From positions 336 through 64,335 of the forward strand of contig VMGD01000003.1 in assembly GCA_007376405.1 (NCBI GenBank): a DNA stretch of 64,000 nucleotides, written 5' to 3'. The stretch comes from Microgenomates group bacterium Gr01-1014_7. GTDB taxonomy: Bacteria > Patescibacteriota > Microgenomatia > Daviesbacterales > UBA10151. The notes under the pieces are model-generated. The model was not told the DNA's origin. It worked only from the letters and a program-made list of their open reading frames with translations, and made no database searches. The position numbers were made by a program, and so were the translations under genes. Shown here one piece after another: positions 16,123-26,280 of this stretch. The first letter of the stretch is position 1, and the number at the start of each line of letters is the position of its first letter.

Positions 16123-17559
16123 ATGGCGGCCAATTTTTATACCCCGGCTGGTGTATATCTTGGTTTGGTAAGTGTCGAATCTGCAGAAAATGATCCAAAA
16201 CAGCCATCATTTCTGCTGGAAAGTATTGAAAGAGGGGATAGTTTAGGTAGGTATAGTTATATTGGTGTAGGGCCCAAAGCAGGAGTAGTTCTTAGGGATG
16301 GAGAAATCTCCCATCATAACAGAGATGGTACAGTATCCCGTCTTAGTAATGCATCAAAAGATCCTTTAGCTGTGATTCGAGAAGAGGTATCAAGACCAAC
16401 TGTAAAAATCCCCCGGTTATCTCCCTTTACAGGAGGTTATGTGGGATACCTTGGGTATGAAATGATAAGTATCTTTGAACCAAAGGTTTCTGTTTCTAAC
16501 CCAGATGTATTAGGGGTTCCAGATGCAATGTTATTTAATTATGATCATATAATTGCATTTGACCATGCCCGTAATGAAATTAATGTGATTGGTAACATTC
16601 ATGTCAATGGTGATTTGGAAGAGCAATATCAGCAAACCACTGCCGCTATTGATCAGATTATAGACAGGATTAAGTCCCGACCCCCAATGATAATGCGGGA
16701 GCAAGAAATTGAACTTGAGCATCAATCAGCCCAATCTAATTTTGAGCATTCTAAATATTTAGAAGCAGTAGAAAAAGCCAGGGAATATGTTAGCGCCGGA
16801 GATGTAATTCAAGTTGTAATTTCGCAAAGATTTGCCAGGAAAACAGAGGCTGATCCATTTTCACTATACTGCGCATTAAGAATGATCAATCCTTCTCCTT
16901 TTATGACCTACCTTGATTATGGAGATTTCCAGATTATTGGTGCGTCTCCAGAATTATTACTTAGGGTTAACGAAGGAACGGTTACTACAAATCCGATTGC
17001 CGGCACCAGGCCGGTGGTCACTGCAGAAGAGGAAAACAAAAGATTGGAAGAGGAACTTAGTAATAATGAAAAAGAAAAAGCAGAACATCGTATGTTAGTT
17101 GATTTAGGCAGAAATGATGTAGGTAGGGTTTCGGCTCCGGGAACTGTGAGAGTGCCTGAACTGATGAAAATCAAGCGATTTTCTCATGTAATGCATATAG
17201 CTTCTGAAGTTCAAGGACAGCTTGCAGATCAATATTTCTCATTAGATGCTTTGCGCAGCACATTCCCGGCAGGCACTTTAAGTGGAGCACCAAAAATAAG
17301 AGCAATGCAAATAATAGATGAGCTTGAACCAGAAAAAAGAGGTCCTTATGGAGGAGTGATGGGATATATTGCTTACAACGGAAACGTCGAAATGGCAATT
17401 ACTATTCGGACCATGGTGTATAAAGACGGAATTGCGTATGTTCAAGCTGGGGGAGGAATCGTTTATGACAGTGTACCAGAAGAAGAATTTATAGAAACAA
17501 TTAATAAAGCAAAAGCATCGATGCGGGCTATTGATGTAGCAGAAGAGGAGTATGTATGA
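16123..17559 (+). CDS. trpE: Anthranilate synthase component I (TrpE-type chorismate-binding enzyme)
   Basis: N-terminal LLES...GRYSYIG motif typical of TrpE; chorismate-binding C-terminal domain. Confidence 0.7.
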   Translation: MAANFYTPAGVYLGLVSVESAENDPKQPSFLLESIERGDSLGRYSYIGVGPKAGVVLRDGEISHHNRDGTVSRLSNASKDPLAVIREEVSRPTVKIPRLSPFTGGYVGYLGYEMISIFEPKVSVSNPDVLGVPDAMLFNYDHIIAFDHARNEINVIGNIHVNGDLEEQYQQTTAAIDQIIDRIKSRPPMIMREQEIELEHQSAQSNFEHSKYLEAVEKAREYVSAGDVIQVVISQRFARKTEADPFSLYCALRMINPSPFMTYLDYGDFQIIGASPELLLRVNEGTVTTNPIAGTRPVVTAEEENKRLEEELSNNEKEKAEHRMLVDLGRNDVGRVSAPGTVRVPELMKIKRFSHVMHIASEVQGQLADQYFSLDALRSTFPAGTLSGAPKIRAMQIIDELEPEKRGPYGGVMGYIAYNGNVEMAITIRTMVYKDGIAYVQAGGGIVYDSVPEEEFIETINKAKASMRAIDVAEEEYV

Positions 17560-18200
17560 GCGCAGAAAGACAGGAAGGAGCTCCTAGAGTGCTTTTAGTT
17601 GATAATTACGATAGCTTTACTTATAACCTTTCTCAGTACCTTGCGGAATTAGGGGCAGAAGTTGAAGTGTATCGTAATGACAGAATAACTCTTGATGAGA
17701 TTGAGGAGATGAATCCAGACAAAATTGTTTTATCACCTGGGCCCTGTTCTCCTAAAGAAGCAGGGATATCAGTGGATGTGGTTAAGCGGTTTGGGGAGAG
17801 AATACCTCTTTTGGGAGTTTGTTTGGGGCATCAGTGTATTGGTGAAGCCTATGGCGCAGTAGTAGACAGAGCAGGAGAGATTGTGCATGGTAAAACCAGC
17901 ATGATTAGGCATAAAGATGTAGGAATTTTTGCTGGATTACCTAACCCATTTAAAGCAATCCGTTATCATTCACTGGTAATTTTGCCTGAAACTGTTCCCA
18001 GCGAACTAGAAATAACCGCAACTACTGCTAATAAGTTAGTAATGGGTATTAGACATAGAGAATATCCAATTCAGGGAGTCCAATTTCATCCTGAATCTAT
18101 TTTTACACCTCAAGGAAAAAGACTGTTGAGGAATTTTCTAAGACCAGGGTATCGGGATGAAGAAAGGCGCCAGCATTATTTCGGGCTGGGGTACCTTTAG
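17556..18200 (+). CDS. trpG: Anthranilate synthase component II (class I glutamine amidotransferase)
   Basis: GVCLGHQ catalytic Cys motif; HPES His motif; start overlaps the trpE stop. Confidence 0.7.
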   Translation: MSAERQEGAPRVLLVDNYDSFTYNLSQYLAELGAEVEVYRNDRITLDEIEEMNPDKIVLSPGPCSPKEAGISVDVVKRFGERIPLLGVCLGHQCIGEAYGAVVDRAGEIVHGKTSMIRHKDVGIFAGLPNPFKAIRYHSLVILPETVPSELEITATTANKLVMGIRHREYPIQGVQFHPESIFTPQGKRLLRNFLRPGYRDEERRQHYFGLGYL

Positions 18201-18210
18201 GAGCTAACAT

Positions 18211-18921
18211 ATGAAACAAGCTGCAATTTGTATATTAGATGGAATGGGGCCTCAAGCAGGAGGATATTTATATAACACCATAATTCAAAAGGCGGTGAGG
18301 GATTATGGTGCTAAAAATAATGACGATTTTCCTGAAATTATTTTATATTCGGTTCCGGTACCGGACTTTATTTCTAACAATAGATCAAAAGATAGAACCT
18401 TAAAAATGTTGCAGGCAAAAGTTAGAGAAACTAATAAACTAGAAATTTCATGTATATCGATTGCATGTAATACTGCACATATACTCTTAGAACAATTACA
18501 AAAGGAAACGGATATTCCCTTCGTTTCTATAATTGAGGAAACAATAAAAGGTGTTAAAAAAGATAAGGTAAGTGTAGTAGGATTAATGGGAACACCGTCT
18601 ACCTTAAGGTTTGGTTTTTATCAAGAGGAATTGAAGAAGGAAGGGATAAAATGTATAGTGCCTTCGAAAGCCCAAATTATTATTCTAGAAAGGGTTACTA
18701 GAAATATTATTGCAGGAAAAGTTCTTCAATCAGATCAAAGCAAACTAATATCAATTGCAGATTCTTTTAAAAAGAAAGGTGCAAGAGCTATTATTTTAGG
18801 CTGCACAGAGTTACCTTTAGGATTTCCTAAAAAGTACTCATTGCCAATTTATAATTCGGTTGAAGAATTATGTAAAGCCTTATTGCGTATATATTATGGA
18901 AGCAATACAATACAAAAGTAG
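18211..18921 (+). CDS. Asp/Glu/hydantoin racemase family protein
   Basis: ILDGMGPQAGG and CNTAH motifs. Confidence 0.6.
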   Translation: MKQAAICILDGMGPQAGGYLYNTIIQKAVRDYGAKNNDDFPEIILYSVPVPDFISNNRSKDRTLKMLQAKVRETNKLEISCISIACNTAHILLEQLQKETDIPFVSIIEETIKGVKKDKVSVVGLMGTPSTLRFGFYQEELKKEGIKCIVPSKAQIIILERVTRNIIAGKVLQSDQSKLISIADSFKKKGARAIILGCTELPLGFPKKYSLPIYNSVEELCKALLRIYYGSNTIQK

Positions 18922-18922
18922 T

Positions 18923-18952
18923 ATGAAACGTATTCTCACAGGGGATAGGCCA
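18923..18952 (+). repeat. Duplicated copy of the first 10 codons of trpS (MKRILTGDRP), left flank of the inserted BrnTA cassette
   Basis: atgaaacgtattctcacaggggataggcca here vs atgaaaagaatattaacaggggataggccg at 19520; same peptide; 23/30 nt identical. Confidence 0.6.
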
Positions 18953-18953
18953 A

Positions 18954-18982
18954 TTGACATTTGTATAACAGTGTAATACAAT
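18954..18982 (+). promoter_or_regulatory. Promoter TTGACA, 17 bp spacer, TACAAT, abutting the ATG (leaderless)
   Basis: Read directly from the sequence. Confidence 0.45.
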
Positions 18983-19267
18983 ATGACCAGAATCATTGTT
19001 AAGGGTTTAGTTTGGGATAGCATAAATTTGGAACATGTTAAAAAACATAATGTTTCTAAAGAGGAAGTTGAGGGAGCTAAAGAGATAATTTATCATAGGC
19101 GTACTTATGGTGGAAAATATTTGGCTACCAGCAGAAGCGGGAATAGATTAATAACTATTATTTTAAGGCGTCAAGGTTTGGGTAAATACTATGTAGTTAC
19201 AGCCAGAGATGCCAGTAGGAAAGAAAGGAGAAAAGTATATGAAATTGAAGAAAAGCAGAATTCCTAA
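18983..19267 (+). CDS. brnT: BrnT-family toxin
   Basis: Paralog of 9469..9747 (LVWDSINLEHVKKHNV...VTARDASRKERRKVYE). Confidence 0.6.
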   Translation: MTRIIVKGLVWDSINLEHVKKHNVSKEEVEGAKEIIYHRRTYGGKYLATSRSGNRLITIILRRQGLGKYYVVTARDASRKERRKVYEIEEKQNS

Positions 19268-19523
19268 ATTTAAAACCTATGCGGAAGAGGCTTCATTTTG
19301 GGATACGCATGATATAACTGATTTTGAGGATGAAACAGAAGATGTAGAAATTGTTTTTGAACTAAATAAGCCAAGAGATGAAACGATTGTTTTAAGGGTG
19401 CAAAAAGAAGTTAAGGAAAAATTGGATAAATTTGCCAGAAGTTCAGGATTAAATTTATCTACTCTTTCTAGAATGTGGCTGATGGAAAAATTACAAGAGA
19501 ATTTAAGAAAGGCAAAAATATGA
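19209..19523 (+). CDS. brnA: BrnA-family antitoxin
   Basis: EEASFWDTHDITDF motif plus C-terminal RHH. Confidence 0.6.
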   Translation: MPVGKKGEKYMKLKKSRIPKFKTYAEEASFWDTHDITDFEDETEDVEIVFELNKPRDETIVLRVQKEVKEKLDKFARSSGLNLSTLSRMWLMEKLQENLRKAKI

Positions 19524-20515
19524 AAAGAATATTAACAGGGGATAGGCCGACATATGATAGTTTTCATTTGGGAAACTATGTCGGGTCTTTAAAAAATCGA
19601 GTAAAGTTGCAGGATGCATACGAGTGCTTTTTTTTGGTGGCAGATTTACATGCGCTAACTACTCACTTCGATAAGACATCTGATTTGGAGAAAAATATCA
19701 GGGGTTTAATGTTGGGCAATCTTTCAATGGGACTTGATCCTAAAAAAGTAACATTTATTCTGCAGTCTCAAGAGCTGGAGAAACTTGAGCTGGCCTATAT
19801 TTTATCTACTCTTACACAAAGGACTTTACTGGAAAGACAGCCTGCCTTAAAAGAAAAGCTGGATCAAGGTGAACAGGACAGCTTGGGATTATATCAATAT
19901 CCGGTTTTAATGGCAGCTGATATTTTACTCCCCAAGGCTAATCTGGTGCCGGTTGGTAAAGATCAAAAAGCCCATGTTGAGTTTGCCAGGGATTTGGCAA
20001 TTAAGTTTAATAAATTATATGGAGAAGTTTTCCCGGTTCCGGAGCCTTTAATTGGAGAGGGTGGAACTTTGCCTGGAACAGACGGTCAAATCAAGATGGG
20101 AAAGTCTTTAAATAATGCTATTTTTTTGACTGATACACCTGAAGAAGTAGAGAAAAAAGTGATGAGTATGTATACGGATCCCAAAAGAATACACGCTACT
20201 GACCTGGGAACTGTTGAAGGAAACCCTGTTTTTATTTATCTTGATGCCTTCGCATCGGATAGTGACAAGCAACAAATAACAAGATATAAAGAACTTTATA
20301 GAAAAGGCCAGGTGGGAGATATTGAGGTAAAAAAGTTTCTGGTGAAAATTTTAAATAATTTTCTGGATCCTATTAGAAAAAGGCGTGCGCAGTTTGAAAA
20401 ACAGCCGGAATTGGTGGATAAAATCTTAAGAGAGGGAACAAAAAAAGCAAGAATTGAGGCCCAAAAAACTTTAACGGAAGTAAAAAAAGCCATGAAAATT
20501 GATTATTTTGTATAA
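19520..20515 (+). CDS. trpS: Tryptophanyl-tRNA synthetase
   Basis: HLGNY (HIGH-type motif) and KMGKS (KMSKS motif); class I Rossmann fold, short TrpRS length. Start is ATG 19520, overlapping the brnA stop (ATGA). Confidence 0.75.
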   Translation: MKRILTGDRPTYDSFHLGNYVGSLKNRVKLQDAYECFFLVADLHALTTHFDKTSDLEKNIRGLMLGNLSMGLDPKKVTFILQSQELEKLELAYILSTLTQRTLLERQPALKEKLDQGEQDSLGLYQYPVLMAADILLPKANLVPVGKDQKAHVEFARDLAIKFNKLYGEVFPVPEPLIGEGGTLPGTDGQIKMGKSLNNAIFLTDTPEEVEKKVMSMYTDPKRIHATDLGTVEGNPVFIYLDAFASDSDKQQITRYKELYRKGQVGDIEVKKFLVKILNNFLDPIRKRRAQFEKQPELVDKILREGTKKARIEAQKTLTEVKKAMKIDYFV

Positions 20516-20779
20516 TGACTTGTGGTGAATAAAAAATGAAAAAAACAGCCCAGCAAGTACAGGATGAAATCTTTAGAAAAATGTCTGCCGATAGAAAGAT
20601 TAAATTAGGCTCAAGCATGTGGAGACTTGCTAAAGAATTAGCTGGAGATAAGATAGATTTTAGAATCAATGGATCCGCAACACTTACTGGTAAAAATAGT
20701 TAAGATATTAAACTCTTTAAAAATTCCTTAGAACACAAAAAACTTTAGGGGTTTTAGAAGAAATGATTAGTTTAATCTA

Positions 20780-21103
20780 ATGGTAACTTTTGATGAATTT
20801 TCTAAACTGGAATTAAGAGTTGGTACTGTAATGGAAGCAGAGGAAGTAGTAGAGAGCGAGAAGTTGATTAAGCTTAAAGTGGATTTGGGGGAAGATGAAC
20901 CAAGGCAGATTCTGGTAGGAGTAAAGCAGTGGTATGCCCCCAAAGATTTTGTAGGTAAACAGGTTGTGGTTGTGGCAAATTTGGAACCCAGAATAATGAT
21001 GGGTTTGGAAAGCCAGGGAATGATGCTGGCTGCAGACACGGAAGATGGCCCTGTTTTTCTGACAGTTCCCAAAAAAGTTCCCCCGGGTACAAAAATACGT
21101 TAA
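20780..21103 (+). CDS. tRNA-binding OB-fold protein (CsaA/Trbp111/MetRS C-terminal-domain-like)
   Basis: LRVGTV...LKVDLGE...QIVVGV...MLA pattern of the EMAP/Trbp111 family. Confidence 0.55.
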   Translation: MVTFDEFSKLELRVGTVMEAEEVVESEKLIKLKVDLGEDEPRQILVGVKQWYAPKDFVGKQVVVVANLEPRIMMGLESQGMMLAADTEDGPVFLTVPKKVPPGTKIR

Positions 21104-21123
21104 GTTGTGTTAAAATTCTCGCT

Positions 21124-22971
21124 ATGGCAAATGGAAAAAGAAAAGTAAATTTAAATAAAAGAATTGCCGGAGTGCTAAAGGGCCTGGCAATTTATGCCTT
21201 GATTGCTTTTGCCGCTTTAATGTTTTTCTATCAGGTGTCCGGCCCTCCACCGGCAGGCAATGAGATGCCAATTTCTCAAATTATCAATGACATTAAAGAC
21301 AATAAAATTCAGAAGCTTTCTCTTGAAGGAACTAGAGTTACTGCCGAATACAAAGAAGGAGGTCAAAAACTGCTCAGTCACAAAGAAGAAGGTGAGTCAA
21401 TCTATAAAATTCTGGAGTCATCCGGAGTTGATCCCAAATCAGTCACCATTGAAGTTAGGGATTTATCCATGCAGCAGGCCTGGGCGGGGGTGATCTCTGC
21501 CATCCTGCCTGTTTTGCTGCTGGTTGGGCTGATGTTTTTACTTTTTAGAAACGCCAGAGAAGCAGGCCAGGGAATTTTCAATTTTGCCCAGTCCCGGGCC
21601 AGACTTTTTACCAAAGATGCTCCCCAAATTAAATTTTCCGATGTGGCCGGAGCCAATGAGGCTAAAAAAGAACTGGAAGAGATTGTAGATTTTCTTAAAA
21701 ACCCGGCCAAATATAAAGAAATGGGGGCAAGGATCCCCAAAGGGGTTTTACTGGTTGGTCCTCCGGGTTGTGGGAAAACCCTGATTTCGCGCAGCGTTGC
21801 AGGAGAGGCTAATGTGCCATTTTATTCCATAGCCGGGTCGGAGTTTATGGAAATGCTGGTGGGGGTGGGAGCAGCGCGCGTGCGTGATATGTTTGCTACT
21901 GCTAAGAAAAACTCACCGTCCATTATTTTTATAGACGAGATTGAATCAATTGGCAGAATGAGAGGTATGGGCATGGTGGGAGGAGGGCATGATGAAAGAG
22001 AACAAACCCTAAATCAGATTCTGGTGGAAATGGACGGATTTACCCCCAACGATCATGTAATAGTAATGGGTGCCAGTAACAGACCGGATATGCTGGACCC
22101 GGCCCTGATCCGCCCCGGGCGCTTTGACAGGAGAGTGGTTATGAATATGCCTGATATTGAGGAGCGAAAGTTCATTATCAAGCTTCATATGAAGGGTAAG
22201 CCTTTTACTGAGGATGTTGATGTGGAAAGGCTGGCCAGACGAACAGTTGGTTTTTCCGGAGCGGATTTATCTAATATGTTAAATGAAGCGGCAATTTTGG
22301 CTGCCAGAGAAGGTAAAAAGGCCATTGACCCCTTATGTCTGGAAGAAGCAGCCACCAAAGTTAAACTGGGGCCACAGCGAAAAAGAATGCAAACGGAAGA
22401 AGATAGAAAACTGGCAGCCTATCATGAGGGAGGTCATGCCATTGTCGGTCACAACCTTCCCAAAGTTGATCCTGTTCACCGGATTACTATTGTAGCCAGA
22501 GGAATGATCGGAGGACATACCACCTTTCCTCCAACAGAGGATCGCTCTAATGAAACCAGATCCCGCCTTTTGGAACAAATCAGCACAGCTTTGGGAGGGA
22601 GAGCGGCAGAGGACATGATTTTTAAAGATATTTCAACCGGTGCGGCCAATGATTTGGAACTGGCAACTGCCATTGCCCGCGACATGGTCACGGAATACGG
22701 TATGTCTGCTCTGGGGCCAATTAATATTAAGCCACATCCGATGTTTGGACTGTGGGCCAGAATGCAGGATGAAGGTGGAGGGGTATCTCAAGCCATGCAA
22801 TCCAAAATAGATAATGAGATTAAAAAGATCATAGATTCCTGCTATAAACAGGCAGTAAATATTTTGCATAAAAATAAACCAAAGCTTGATAAAGTAGCCG
22901 AAGCTCTTCTGGAAAAAGAAACTTTAGATACAGATGAATTTGAAAAATTAGTGGGAAAGAAGAAAAGTTAA
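21124..22971 (+). CDS. ftsH: ATP-dependent zinc metalloprotease FtsH
   Basis: N-terminal TM segments; Walker A GPPGCGKT; Walker B IIFIDEIE; SRH; HEGGHA zinc-binding motif. Confidence 0.9.
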   Translation: MANGKRKVNLNKRIAGVLKGLAIYALIAFAALMFFYQVSGPPPAGNEMPISQIINDIKDNKIQKLSLEGTRVTAEYKEGGQKLLSHKEEGESIYKILESSGVDPKSVTIEVRDLSMQQAWAGVISAILPVLLLVGLMFLLFRNAREAGQGIFNFAQSRARLFTKDAPQIKFSDVAGANEAKKELEEIVDFLKNPAKYKEMGARIPKGVLLVGPPGCGKTLISRSVAGEANVPFYSIAGSEFMEMLVGVGAARVRDMFATAKKNSPSIIFIDEIESIGRMRGMGMVGGGHDEREQTLNQILVEMDGFTPNDHVIVMGASNRPDMLDPALIRPGRFDRRVVMNMPDIEERKFIIKLHMKGKPFTEDVDVERLARRTVGFSGADLSNMLNEAAILAAREGKKAIDPLCLEEAATKVKLGPQRKRMQTEEDRKLAAYHEGGHAIVGHNLPKVDPVHRITIVARGMIGGHTTFPPTEDRSNETRSRLLEQISTALGGRAAEDMIFKDISTGAANDLELATAIARDMVTEYGMSALGPINIKPHPMFGLWARMQDEGGGVSQAMQSKIDNEIKKIIDSCYKQAVNILHKNKPKLDKVAEALLEKETLDTDEFEKLVGKKKS

Positions 22972-23037
22972 TGAATAATGGCGGATTTATGCCCAAATTG
23001 TTGCACAATCCGAACTTAAGGGGTAATATCATCATTA

Positions 23038-23682
23038 ATGAGATTTACCATAGTGTTGACTCTTGCTGCTTTTTTTGTTTTTTCTTCAGGCCAGGTGGTT
23101 TTGGCCAATGAGGATCAAATTGGCCAGTCCAGAATTCATCCTGCCTCCCCTTTTTATTTTTTAAAATCAGTTAGAGAAATATTGGAATTAAAGTTTGCAG
23201 GAACAACAAATGTAAAAAGTCTGCGCTATTTGGAATTTTCTACCAGAAGAATAAGAGAGGTAAAAAGCTTAATGTCGGTTAACCGTCCTGATTTAATTCC
23301 TCCTACTTTGGAAAAATACTCCTCAAGCCTAGAAAAGGTTTTGGGTCTAATTAATTTCAGGGATGAAGTTTTAGGTCCTCAAGTAATTGATAAAGTTGGG
23401 AAACATGTACTCATACTTGAGGGACTTTTCAATCAAACCGAAAACCAGAAAGCTAAAATAGCCATCAGATTGGCCATTTATAGAATTTCCCGCTGGAATG
23501 AACAACTTTTAGGAAGACTTGTTTCAGAAGATAAGGTTAGATTGTCTCCAGAAATTACTAAAAATCAGGCTTTTATCTGTAATTTCCTGTCCAAAGAAGC
23601 CTCATCTTCTGCCTTAAATGATACGGAAAAGGCAGTCTTAACCCAGCGGGCACAAAAATGCCTTCAAATTAAATCTTTGTAA
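23038..23682 (+). CDS. Secreted hypothetical protein (signal peptide)
   Basis: MRFTIVLTLAAFFVFSSGQVVLA signal-like N-terminus. Confidence 0.3.
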   Translation: MRFTIVLTLAAFFVFSSGQVVLANEDQIGQSRIHPASPFYFLKSVREILELKFAGTTNVKSLRYLEFSTRRIREVKSLMSVNRPDLIPPTLEKYSSSLEKVLGLINFRDEVLGPQVIDKVGKHVLILEGLFNQTENQKAKIAIRLAIYRISRWNEQLLGRLVSEDKVRLSPEITKNQAFICNFLSKEASSSALNDTEKAVLTQRAQKCLQIKSL

Positions 23683-24830
23683 AACCCTAAGAGTTTATTA
23701 ACAGTTTTCTCAACAGAATATTGTTTGATCAGTTCCAGGGATTTTTCTTTCATTTGATCGGCTGTTTTTACATCATAAACTATTTGCTCAATTTTTCGAG
23801 CTAACCCTCTTGTATCACCCGGTTTGACAAGAAAGCCATTCGAAGAGACAAGTTCAATCAAACCTGCCTGTTTCACTCCGACAATAGGCAATCCAAAAGA
23901 CATGGCCTCCAAAACAGCCATTGGATTGTTTTCCATAGCGGAGGCTGTGGCAAATACACCTCCAAGGCCTAAAAGTCCGGATGATAAAAGATATTGATGG
24001 TCAATAAAACCGGTAAATATAATCTCTTTTTCCAGACCAAGTTTCTTAGTCAGTTTAATCAGGCTTTTTTTAGCCGGGCCGTCACCGATTATAAGTAAGC
24101 TGATATCACGATGATTTTTTGCCAGAATATGAAAGGCCTTAATCAGCTGATCAACATTTTTTTCATAAGACAGTCTGCCAAAATGCAGCACAACTTTTTC
24201 TTTCAGGCCATACTTTTTCTTAAGTGCTTCCTTTGCCTTGACAGATAAGTGTTTAGGTTGATTTAAGTCAATACCGTTTGGCAAATAAGAAACTTGTCTT
24301 TTAAAACCGTTTTTATTTAACTCCGAGGCAAGTATTTTTGAAGGGGAAAGCACCATATTACACTGGCTATACAGAAAATTAAGATAGCTCTGGGAGACTT
24401 TATCTAACAGTTTAACTGCCAGTTTATATTTTACAAAACGCAAATAATCGGAGTTGGTAAAATAAATATGGACCGTGCCAACCAAAGGTTTTTTAAAAAT
24501 TTTGGCTGCCATTACCGCATCCATGCCAATGGTGAAAGGGGAGTGCAGGTGAATAATATCGGGCTTAAATTTGGTCAAATATTGTATTACCCTGGGCAGG
24601 CCAAATACCCCGAACTTGAATTCGGTATAAATTAGAGCGGGAACAGTGGGTAAATGGACTACGGTCACGTTTTTGGCTTTGAATCTCTCCCGCTTGATGC
24701 CGTCTAATTTAGGGGTAAATATCAAAATATTGTGTCCCAGCTCACCCAAAATCCTGGCCTGATTGGACAGGGAGGTGGCAATACCGTTTACCTGAGGCAA
24801 AAACATATCAGTAAAATATGCAATCTTCAT
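23664..24830 (-). CDS. GT4-family glycosyltransferase
   Basis: GT-B fold; N-terminal FLPQVNGIA and C-terminal EGFGLP-like motifs. Confidence 0.65.
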   Translation of the reverse strand: MKIAYFTDMFLPQVNGIATSLSNQARILGELGHNILIFTPKLDGIKRERFKAKNVTVVHLPTVPALIYTEFKFGVFGLPRVIQYLTKFKPDIIHLHSPFTIGMDAVMAAKIFKKPLVGTVHIYFTNSDYLRFVKYKLAVKLLDKVSQSYLNFLYSQCNMVLSPSKILASELNKNGFKRQVSYLPNGIDLNQPKHLSVKAKEALKKKYGLKEKVVLHFGRLSYEKNVDQLIKAFHILAKNHRDISLLIIGDGPAKKSLIKLTKKLGLEKEIIFTGFIDHQYLLSSGLLGLGGVFATASAMENNPMAVLEAMSFGLPIVGVKQAGLIELVSSNGFLVKPGDTRGLARKIEQIVYDVKTADQMKEKSLELIKQYSVEKTVNKLLGFYKDLI

Positions 24831-24904
24831 AAATCTAAACCCAATTGTGGGTTCAAGGTTATCCGCCGTAGGTGGATGTTCTTATTATATGTTAAATTAA
24901 TTAT

Positions 24905-25897
24905 ATGGGCAAAAAAGTTTTAGTTGCAGGATTGGGATTTGTTGTTTTGGTTCTGCTTGGACAGCTAATTTTTAATTACATATATAATTTCCCAAAGCAA
25001 GTTGAATACGGAGTAACCTTTTCTCCGCAGTATGCAAAATATCTGGGACTTAATTGGAAAGAAATTTATATCAAGATGCTGGATGAACTTAAAGTTGACC
25101 GGCTACGACTTCCCTCCTATTGGGAAGATATAGAAAAACAGCGGGGAAATTTTAATTTTGAAGATGAGGATTTTATGCTGGATGAAGCAGGGAAAAGAGG
25201 CGCGAAGATAATTTTGGTGGTGGGTGTAAGACAACCACGCTGGCCTGAGTGTCATCTGCCTTCCTGGGCAATGAGTTTAAGTTTGGAACAAAAAAGAGCA
25301 AAGATTTTGCAGTTTGTCCAGCAGGTGGTTGAAAGGTACAAAAATAATGATGCTATTGAGGCAATTCAAGTTGAAAATGAGCCTTTTCTGCCTTATTTTG
25401 GTGAAAATTGCGATAAAGGGGATAAGAGGTTTTTAAAAACAGAAGTTGAGCTGGTTAGAAGTTTAACCAATAAGCCAATTATTGTATCAGACTCCGGAGA
25501 GCTGGGTAGCTGGATAGTACCGATGCAGACATCGGATATTTTCGGAACAACCCTTTATCGTGATGTCTATAATCCTTTGATGGGCTATATTTCATATCCA
25601 ATCCTGCCATATTTTTATAATCTAAAGTCTTGGGTTATAAGAAGAATTTTCGCTCCCGAAAATCAAAAAACCGTCATTGTTGAACTTCAGGCAGAACCCT
25701 GGCTGGCCAGTAAAGACCTGCAGCGCAGCCCTGAAAAACAGGCAACACTTTTTTCTTTAAAAAAGCTTCAAAGTTATATAAATTATGCTGAAAAAACCGG
25801 GTTTGATGAAATTTACCTTTGGGGAGTGGAGTGGTGGATCTGGCTGGAAGAACATGGGCACCCCGAATATCTGGATTTTATAAAAACTCTTTTATAG
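24905..25897 (+). CDS. Membrane-anchored putative glycoside hydrolase (TIM-barrel, GH5-like)
   Basis: N-terminal TM anchor; VENEPF (NEP catalytic-Glu-like motif). Confidence 0.3.
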   Translation: MGKKVLVAGLGFVVLVLLGQLIFNYIYNFPKQVEYGVTFSPQYAKYLGLNWKEIYIKMLDELKVDRLRLPSYWEDIEKQRGNFNFEDEDFMLDEAGKRGAKIILVVGVRQPRWPECHLPSWAMSLSLEQKRAKILQFVQQVVERYKNNDAIEAIQVENEPFLPYFGENCDKGDKRFLKTEVELVRSLTNKPIIVSDSGELGSWIVPMQTSDIFGTTLYRDVYNPLMGYISYPILPYFYNLKSWVIRRIFAPENQKTVIVELQAEPWLASKDLQRSPEKQATLFSLKKLQSYINYAEKTGFDEIYLWGVEWWIWLEEHGHPEYLDFIKTLL

Positions 25898-25920
25898 ACA
25901 CGTCGTGATATAATCGGACG

Positions 25921-26226
25921 ATGGAGAATCTGGAAGCTAGACAAATTGGTTGGAGAGAAGTTATGGGTCGGGAGGTGGTTGAGATTGCCATAGCGCCTTT
26001 AACCTATGCCATGGATTTGCGTTCTTGTCTGGGAAGAGAGCCTGGATGGCTCAGTAGAGCTGGAGTATTAATCTTTCCTGTAGCTGTAGGAGTAGGTTTG
26101 GGCATACTTACACAAGATCCGGCTGCCGGAGCAAAAATCGGTTTGACAGCTTGGATGATAGAAGGATTTGGTATAGAGGTTGAGAGAACCCTTCGCTTTT
26201 TTGCAGCAGCATATATCAATCGGTAA
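25921..26226 (+). CDS. Hypothetical small hydrophobic protein
   Basis: ORF only. Confidence 0.2.
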   Translation: MENLEARQIGWREVMGREVVEIAIAPLTYAMDLRSCLGREPGWLSRAGVLIFPVAVGVGLGILTQDPAAGAKIGLTAWMIEGFGIEVERTLRFFAAAYINR

Positions 26227-26280
26227 ATCTACGTTTAATCGGGATCGAAGAATAGTCTATTTCATGCTACAATCGTCATA

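Noticed and set aside
19475-19519. Extended trpS start at 19475
   Set aside because: It overlaps brnA. The conserved TrpRS N-terminus MKRILTGDRP begins at ATG 19520, and the identical peptide is duplicated upstream at 18923, which fixes the true start
26030-26110. tRNA-like segment (GGCTCAGTAGAGCT...) in the 25898-26280 region
   Set aside because: It has a D-arm-like GCTC/GAGC, but no T-arm (no GTTCGA/TTCRA followed by a complementary stem) and no consistent acceptor pairing; more likely just coding sequence of ORF 25921-26226
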